From: Myxococcota bacterium
Lineage (GTDB): Bacteria > Myxococcota_A > UBA9160 > UBA6930
Reading direction: 5' to 3'
NCBI GenBank assembly: GCA_965223415.1
Contig: OZ245002.1
Coordinates: forward strand, 5,600,001 to 5,664,000
DNA: 64,000 bases
The translations under genes were made by a program, and so were the position numbers. Position 1 is the first letter of the stretch; each line of letters opens with the position of its first letter. The notes under the pieces are model-generated. The model was not told where the DNA came from and made no database searches. It saw nothing but the letters and a program-made list of their open reading frames with translations. Of the stretch, positions 59,711 to 64,000 are shown piece after piece.

Positions 59711-60121
59711 CTAGTGCACCGCGATGGGGATCTGTCGCGGCTTGCGGCGCTCGCTCTTCGGGACGCGCACCGTCAGCACGCCGTCCTTGAAGCTCGCCTC
59801 GATGTGCTCCACGTCGACCTCCTCCCGGAACACCACGCTGCGTGCGAACTCGCCGCTGCGGCGCTCGGCGCGGAAGACGCGGCCCTCGGTGACCTCGGGC
59901 GCGGCCCGCTCGCCTCGGATCGTGAGGGTGCCGTCGTTGAAGGCCACGTCGACCTTCTCCTGCTCGACGCCGGGCAGGTCCGCCAGGATCTCGTAGCGAT
60001 CCGCGTACTCGAGCATGTCGATGGCCGGCGTGAAGAGCCCGGCCGGCGTGGCGCCCTGGAGCGCCCCGTCGAGGTCGTTGAACCAGCGATCGAAGAGCGT
60101 GGGAACGGAAACCGTCCGCAT
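59711..60121 (-). CDS. Hsp20/alpha-crystallin small heat shock protein
   Basis: ADLPGV, LTIRGER, ERRSGEFARS, ASFKDGVLTVRVPK, C-terminal IPI; AAGGAGG RBS before ATG 60121. Confidence 0.95.
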   Translation of the reverse strand: MRTVSVPTLFDRWFNDLDGALQGATPAGLFTPAIDMLEYADRYEILADLPGVEQEKVDVAFNDGTLTIRGERAAPEVTEGRVFRAERRSGEFARSVVFREEVDVEHIEASFKDGVLTVRVPKSERRKPRQIPIAVH

Positions 60122-60223
60122 GGATGTGTCCTCCTTCGGCAGCATGTCTGTGCACCGCCACGGAGGCGTCAAGCCGGGGGTCGGCCCGCGGGGAGCCCGC
60201 CCGGTCGGGCCGCCGGAGCCGGC

Positions 60224-61672
60224 CTAACGGCGCCAGAACGAGGGCGCGAAGAGGACCAGCAGGGTGAACAGCTCGAGCCGCCCGGCGAGCATCAGCCCGG
60301 AGAGGCACAGCTTCGCGTAGGCGGGCAGGTGGGAGAAGTCGTCGCTCGGCCCCACGGCGCCGTAGCCGGGGCCCACGTTGGAGACGGCGGTGAGCGAGGC
60401 GGAGACCGCGCTCAATACGTCGTAGCCGGCGGTGCTCATCATCAGCGCGCCGAGAAAGGTGAGCATCAGGTAGGCGAAGACGAACACCCCGACGCCGCCG
60501 AGCACGTCCTCGGGAATCGCGCGCCCGTTGAAGCGAACGGTGTGGACCGCATGGGGGTGGATGATCCGCAGCAGGGCGACCCGGAAGCTCTGCAGCCCGA
60601 GGACGACCCGCAGCGACTTGATGCCGCCGGCGGTGGAGCCCGCCATCCCGCCCAGCGCGAGCAGGGGCACCAGCAGGAGCTGGGGCAGGGCCGGCCAGGT
60701 CTCGTAGTCCGCCGTCGCGAAGCCCGTCGTGGTCAGCAGCGAGACGACCTGGAAGGCGGCGTCGCGAAGCGGCGAAGCGGCGTCCGTCCCGAGGAGCCCG
60801 AGCGCCACCGCCGCCGTCCACAGCAGGGCAACGGCCAGGAAGAAGCGCAGCTCCGCATCTCGGCCGACCTCACGGAAGCGCCCGGCCAGCAGCCGGTAGT
60901 GCAGCACGAAGTTGATTCCGGCCACGAGCATGAAGCCGGCCACCACCCACTGCACGCTCGCCGGAAACGCCCCGATGGAGGCGCTGCGCGTGGAGAAGCC
61001 GCCGGTGGCCAGGGTGGTGAGCGCGTGGCAGAGCGCGTCGAAGGGCCCCATGCCGGTCAGCCACAGGGCCGCGAACGCCAGGACGGTCAGGCCGACGTAG
61101 ATGAGCCAGAGCCGGCGGGCCGTGTCGGCCACCCGAGGCGTCAGCTTGTCGGTGATCGGCCCCGGCACCTCGGCCTTGAAGAGCTGCATGCCGCCGATGC
61201 CGAGCAGGGGCAGGATCGCGACGGCGAACACGATGATGCCCATGCCGCCGACCCACTGGCTGAGCGAACGCCAGAAGAGGAGCGCATGGGGCGCGGCCTC
61301 GATGTCGACGAGCACCGTCGAGCCCGTCGTCGTGAACCCGGAGGTGGACTCGAAGAACGCGTCGGCAGGCGAGAGCGCGCCGGCCAGCACGTAGGGCAGC
61401 GCACCGAAGGCCGAGGCCAGGAACCAGCCGAGCCCCACCACCAGAAAGGCATCCCGGTGACGCATGCGGCGGCCGGAGGCCTCCGGCGTCCTCGCCGAGA
61501 GCGCCATCGGCAGCCCGATCACCGCAGCGGTCGCCGCGGAGAGCAGGTAGGGCGCGGCGGCCTCTCCGGCGCCCCAGGCCACGGCCGCGGGCAGGCCCAG
61601 CAGGCCGGCGAACCCGACCAGCAGCCAGCCCAGGATCTCGAGATCCAGGAGCAGGTTCAACGTCACCCCCAC
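60224..61672 (-). CDS. trkH: Trk system potassium uptake protein
   Basis: FFESTSGFTTTGS, QWVGGMGII, ATGGFS, TTTGF, GSTAGGIK, SNVGPG, GRLE. Confidence 0.95.
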   Translation of the reverse strand: MGVTLNLLLDLEILGWLLVGFAGLLGLPAAVAWGAGEAAAPYLLSAATAAVIGLPMALSARTPEASGRRMRHRDAFLVVGLGWFLASAFGALPYVLAGALSPADAFFESTSGFTTTGSTVLVDIEAAPHALLFWRSLSQWVGGMGIIVFAVAILPLLGIGGMQLFKAEVPGPITDKLTPRVADTARRLWLIYVGLTVLAFAALWLTGMGPFDALCHALTTLATGGFSTRSASIGAFPASVQWVVAGFMLVAGINFVLHYRLLAGRFREVGRDAELRFFLAVALLWTAAVALGLLGTDAASPLRDAAFQVVSLLTTTGFATADYETWPALPQLLLVPLLALGGMAGSTAGGIKSLRVVLGLQSFRVALLRIIHPHAVHTVRFNGRAIPEDVLGGVGVFVFAYLMLTFLGALMMSTAGYDVLSAVSASLTAVSNVGPGYGAVGPSDDFSHLPAYAKLCLSGLMLAGRLELFTLLVLFAPSFWRR

Positions 61673-61737
61673 CTAGAGCGGGCGGTAGCTTCACGCCCGC
61701 GCCGCGCCGCCGCAATGGCGGCACGGAGGAGCGGCGG

Positions 61738-62667
61738 TCAGGCGCGCCTGCCTTCGTAGGCGCCGAGCAGGGCCGCGGCGAAGATCCGCAGCTCCCGGTC
61801 CCGGGACGCATCGTCCACGCCGGGGCGGAGGGCCTGGGGCGTCCTCGCCAGCGTCGGGAGGCAGGCCAGGGCCAACGCGATCGGTCCCAGACGGTCGGGC
61901 TCGGCGGGCGCGGACGCCCGCAGGAGGAGTGCCCGCATCTCTGCCAGCCCATGGTGGGATGCGGGAAGCGCGGAGGGGCCGGGGGCCTCGTGCCAGGCCC
62001 GCGCGACCTCCTCGGCCAGCGGGTGATCGGGCGCGGGAGTCGCCAGGGCGCGCGTCCAGACCTCGCTGAGGGGCCCGAGCAGGGAGCTCGCACTCAGGTC
62101 GGGCTGGGGACGCGCCGCGGCCTGGAAGGTGATGGCCTGGGTGGCGGCCATCAGCACCCAGAGGGTGGCGGCCAGATCGTCGCGCCGGATCTCGTCCCAG
62201 TGCTCGATGGCCAGCTGCTGGAGGGCGGCGGGCACCGCGCTCTGGACCGCGAGGATGCGCTCCAGGGCAGACGTGTCGCCGAGCTCGGCGCCCTCGTCGG
62301 CCAGGATGCGCGGGATGTGGCTGTCCATCCAACGGCTCTGGAGCAGAAACTCGATCATCGCCGCCACCCCGCTCTCGAGGGGCTCACCGCCCTGGCTGGC
62401 CAGGCACTCGGCGACGAGCTCGTCCTCACGGACGAGGACCCGGTCGATCAGGGTCCGCACCACCGATTCCTTGTCGGCGAAGTACTGGTACAGCGAGCCG
62501 ACGCTGTAGCCGGCGACCTGGGCGATGCGATTGGTGGACGCCGCCTCGTAGCCCTCTCGGCGCAGCACGCGATCGGCGGCTTCGAGGATCGACTCGACGG
62601 TCCGGCGCGAACGGGCCTGGATCGGCTTCTTGCGGAGGTGACGGTGGGATTCGGACGTGGCCAACAC
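61738..62667 (-). CDS. TetR/AcrR family regulator with extended C-terminus
   Basis: RKKPIQARSRRTVESILEAA..STNRIAQVAGYSVGSLYQYFADKE HTH; GTG 62667 with AGGAG RBS. Confidence 0.9.
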   Translation of the reverse strand: MLATSESHRHLRKKPIQARSRRTVESILEAADRVLRREGYEAASTNRIAQVAGYSVGSLYQYFADKESVVRTLIDRVLVREDELVAECLASQGGEPLESGVAAMIEFLLQSRWMDSHIPRILADEGAELGDTSALERILAVQSAVPAALQQLAIEHWDEIRRDDLAATLWVLMAATQAITFQAAARPQPDLSASSLLGPLSEVWTRALATPAPDHPLAEEVARAWHEAPGPSALPASHHGLAEMRALLLRASAPAEPDRLGPIALALACLPTLARTPQALRPGVDDASRDRELRIFAAALLGAYEGRRA

Positions 62668-62900
62668 GTGATGCTCCTGGCTGGGGCCGCCCGGTTGGAC
62701 GGCACCCGTGGGTGGTCGCGGGCTCGGACCAGGTTCCACGTTTCGCTCAGATGTTGCTTGGAACCCTGTTGGCCGCGAGGGGCACCCACAGGTCACCGAT
62801 AGCGGGGTGTACAAGGGACCTCGTTGGCCCCCCTGGGGACCCGTCCGGGCGGCGCCCTGCCACGGTGGTAGGGTTTCCCTTTACCCGAGGCCCATCTGGG

Positions 62901-64000
62901 ATGGATCGACGTCGACGCGAACGCAGCCGCTGGGTGCCGCCGCTGGCGCTCGCGCTGGCGGCGGCCGCTGCCTCTGCCGAGCTTCCGCGGGAGCAGCTGC
63001 TCCAGCGTGTGGCCGAAGGCCGCTGTCCCTCGGCCCTTCCTGCGCTCCGGGCCCAGGACCCGGGCCGGGACCTCTCGCTCTGGTGGGCCCGGGCGCTCTG
63101 CGAGAACGCCACCGGCGAGTCGGCCGCGGCCCTGGAGGCCGTGCGCTCCGCGACCGCCCTCGGGCTCGGGAGCGCGGAGCTCGCCCTTCAGGAAGGCATC
63201 GCCCACTTCCAGCTGGGCGATCTCGATTCGGCGCGCGAGGCCCTTGGCCGCGCCGCCGAGGGCGACGCCTCACCGCCCGAGCGCCTGCTCTTCGAGGGCC
63301 TCGTCGCCCTCGCCCAACGCCGCCCGGCCGAGGCCAGCCAGGCCCTCGAACGGGCCCGGCGGCTCGACCCGGTCCACGTGGAGCCCGTCGCCTCCTACTA
63401 CATGGGCCGCGCCCGGGCCGAGCTGGGCGAAGCGGCCGAGGCTCGCGAGATCCTGGCGCGGGTCCAGCGCGAATGGCCCGACACACCCTGGGCCGAGCAG
63501 GCGGGCCGGGCCCTGACCAGGCTCGAGCCGGACGGTCCCCGCCCCTGGCTCAGCCTGGAGATCGGCGGCGAGTACGACGACAACGCGGTGCTGCGGGGCG
63601 CCGGCGTGCGCCTGCCCTCCGAGATTCCGGGCCAGCGGGACCATCGGCTGGTCTGGCGGGCTCATTCCGGCGCCGAGCTCTTCCGCCGGGGCCCGTGGGC
63701 CGCAGGCGGGCTGGTGGAGGCGAACGGCTGGCTCCACGACCAGCTGCACGACTTCGACACCACGGAGCCGCTCGTCTCGGTGTGGCTCGACCGTGCCCTG
63801 CGCCGCGACACCCTGGCCCGCCTGGAGCTTACGACGGCCTACGCCTGGGTCGACGGCGATCCCTTCCGCAGCTCCCACGCCGCCACCGCGACCCTTCTGC
63901 ACGCCTGGAACGACGCGTCCACCACGTCCGTCCGCGTCGGCCTCCGGCGAGACGACTACCGCTTCGACGACGAGGACGTGCCGGACGGGATCGGCCGACC
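62901..64000 (+). CDS. Exported TPR protein with probable C-terminal outer-membrane beta-barrel (partial)
   Basis: Manual translation from ATG 62901: signal-like LALALAAAAASAE, TPR-like helices (GIAHFQLGDLDSAREAL, ASYYMGRARAELG), then WLSLEIGGEYDDN; runs off the window. Confidence 0.7.
   Translation, partial: MDRRRRERSRWVPPLALALAAAAASAELPREQLLQRVAEGRCPSALPALRAQDPGRDLSLWWARALCENATGESAAALEAVRSATALGLGSAELALQEGIAHFQLGDLDSAREALGRAAEGDASPPERLLFEGLVALAQRRPAEASQALERARRLDPVHVEPVASYYMGRARAELGEAAEAREILARVQREWPDTPWAEQAGRALTRLEPDGPRPWLSLEIGGEYDDNAVLRGAGVRLPSEIPGQRDHRLVWRAHSGAELFRRGPWAAGGLVEANGWLHDQLHDFDTTEPLVSVWLDRALRRDTLARLELTTAYAWVDGDPFRSSHAATATLLHAWNDASTTSVRVGLRRDDYRFDDEDVPDGIGR

Noticed and set aside
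60122..60200. CIRCE or sigma32 element upstream of hsp20
   Set aside because: Only CTTGAC is present; no TTAGCACTC-N9-GAGTGCTAA and no CCCCAT -10 element

Overview
High-GC bacterial core-genome window, probably Myxococcota/Deltaproteobacteria-like (inferred from the Rpo[13 protein letters not shown] variant, DUF4388 and PilZ genes, and Cys-rich S4). Almost all genes lie on the minus strand. In transcription order: TetR, TrkH, Hsp20, tRNA-Leu, DUF4388 protein, rlmB, tRNA-Thr/Tyr/Gly/Thr-tuf-tRNA-Trp-secE-nusG-rplKAJL-rpoBC, the str/S10/spc/alpha ribosomal superoperon, tlpA-ftsB-argS-SPOR-rfbD-epimerase-lepA-lepB, pyrR-pyrB-pyrC-carA-carB, recG, a glutaredoxin, leuA, H+-PPase, an APC permease and an alaC-like aminotransferase. 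No mobile elements or CRISPR arrays were seen. Notable observations: (1) four gene junctions (carA-carB, adk-rpmJ, rplR-rpsE, rpsQ-rplN) carry 37-38 bp-period duplications of the translation-initiation region. Each creates an 11-13 aa mini-ORF that partly copies the start of the downstream gene and whose stop overlaps or abuts its start codon. (2) rplC, rplX, rpsN, map, infA and rpmG are cleanly missing from their usual positions. (3) A Leu-rich leader-peptide attenuator precedes a regulatory-domain-less leuA. (4) A PyrR RNA element overlaps the pyrR ribosome-binding region. Many long entries in the supplied ORF track are GC-driven shadow ORFs, and several starts were corrected.
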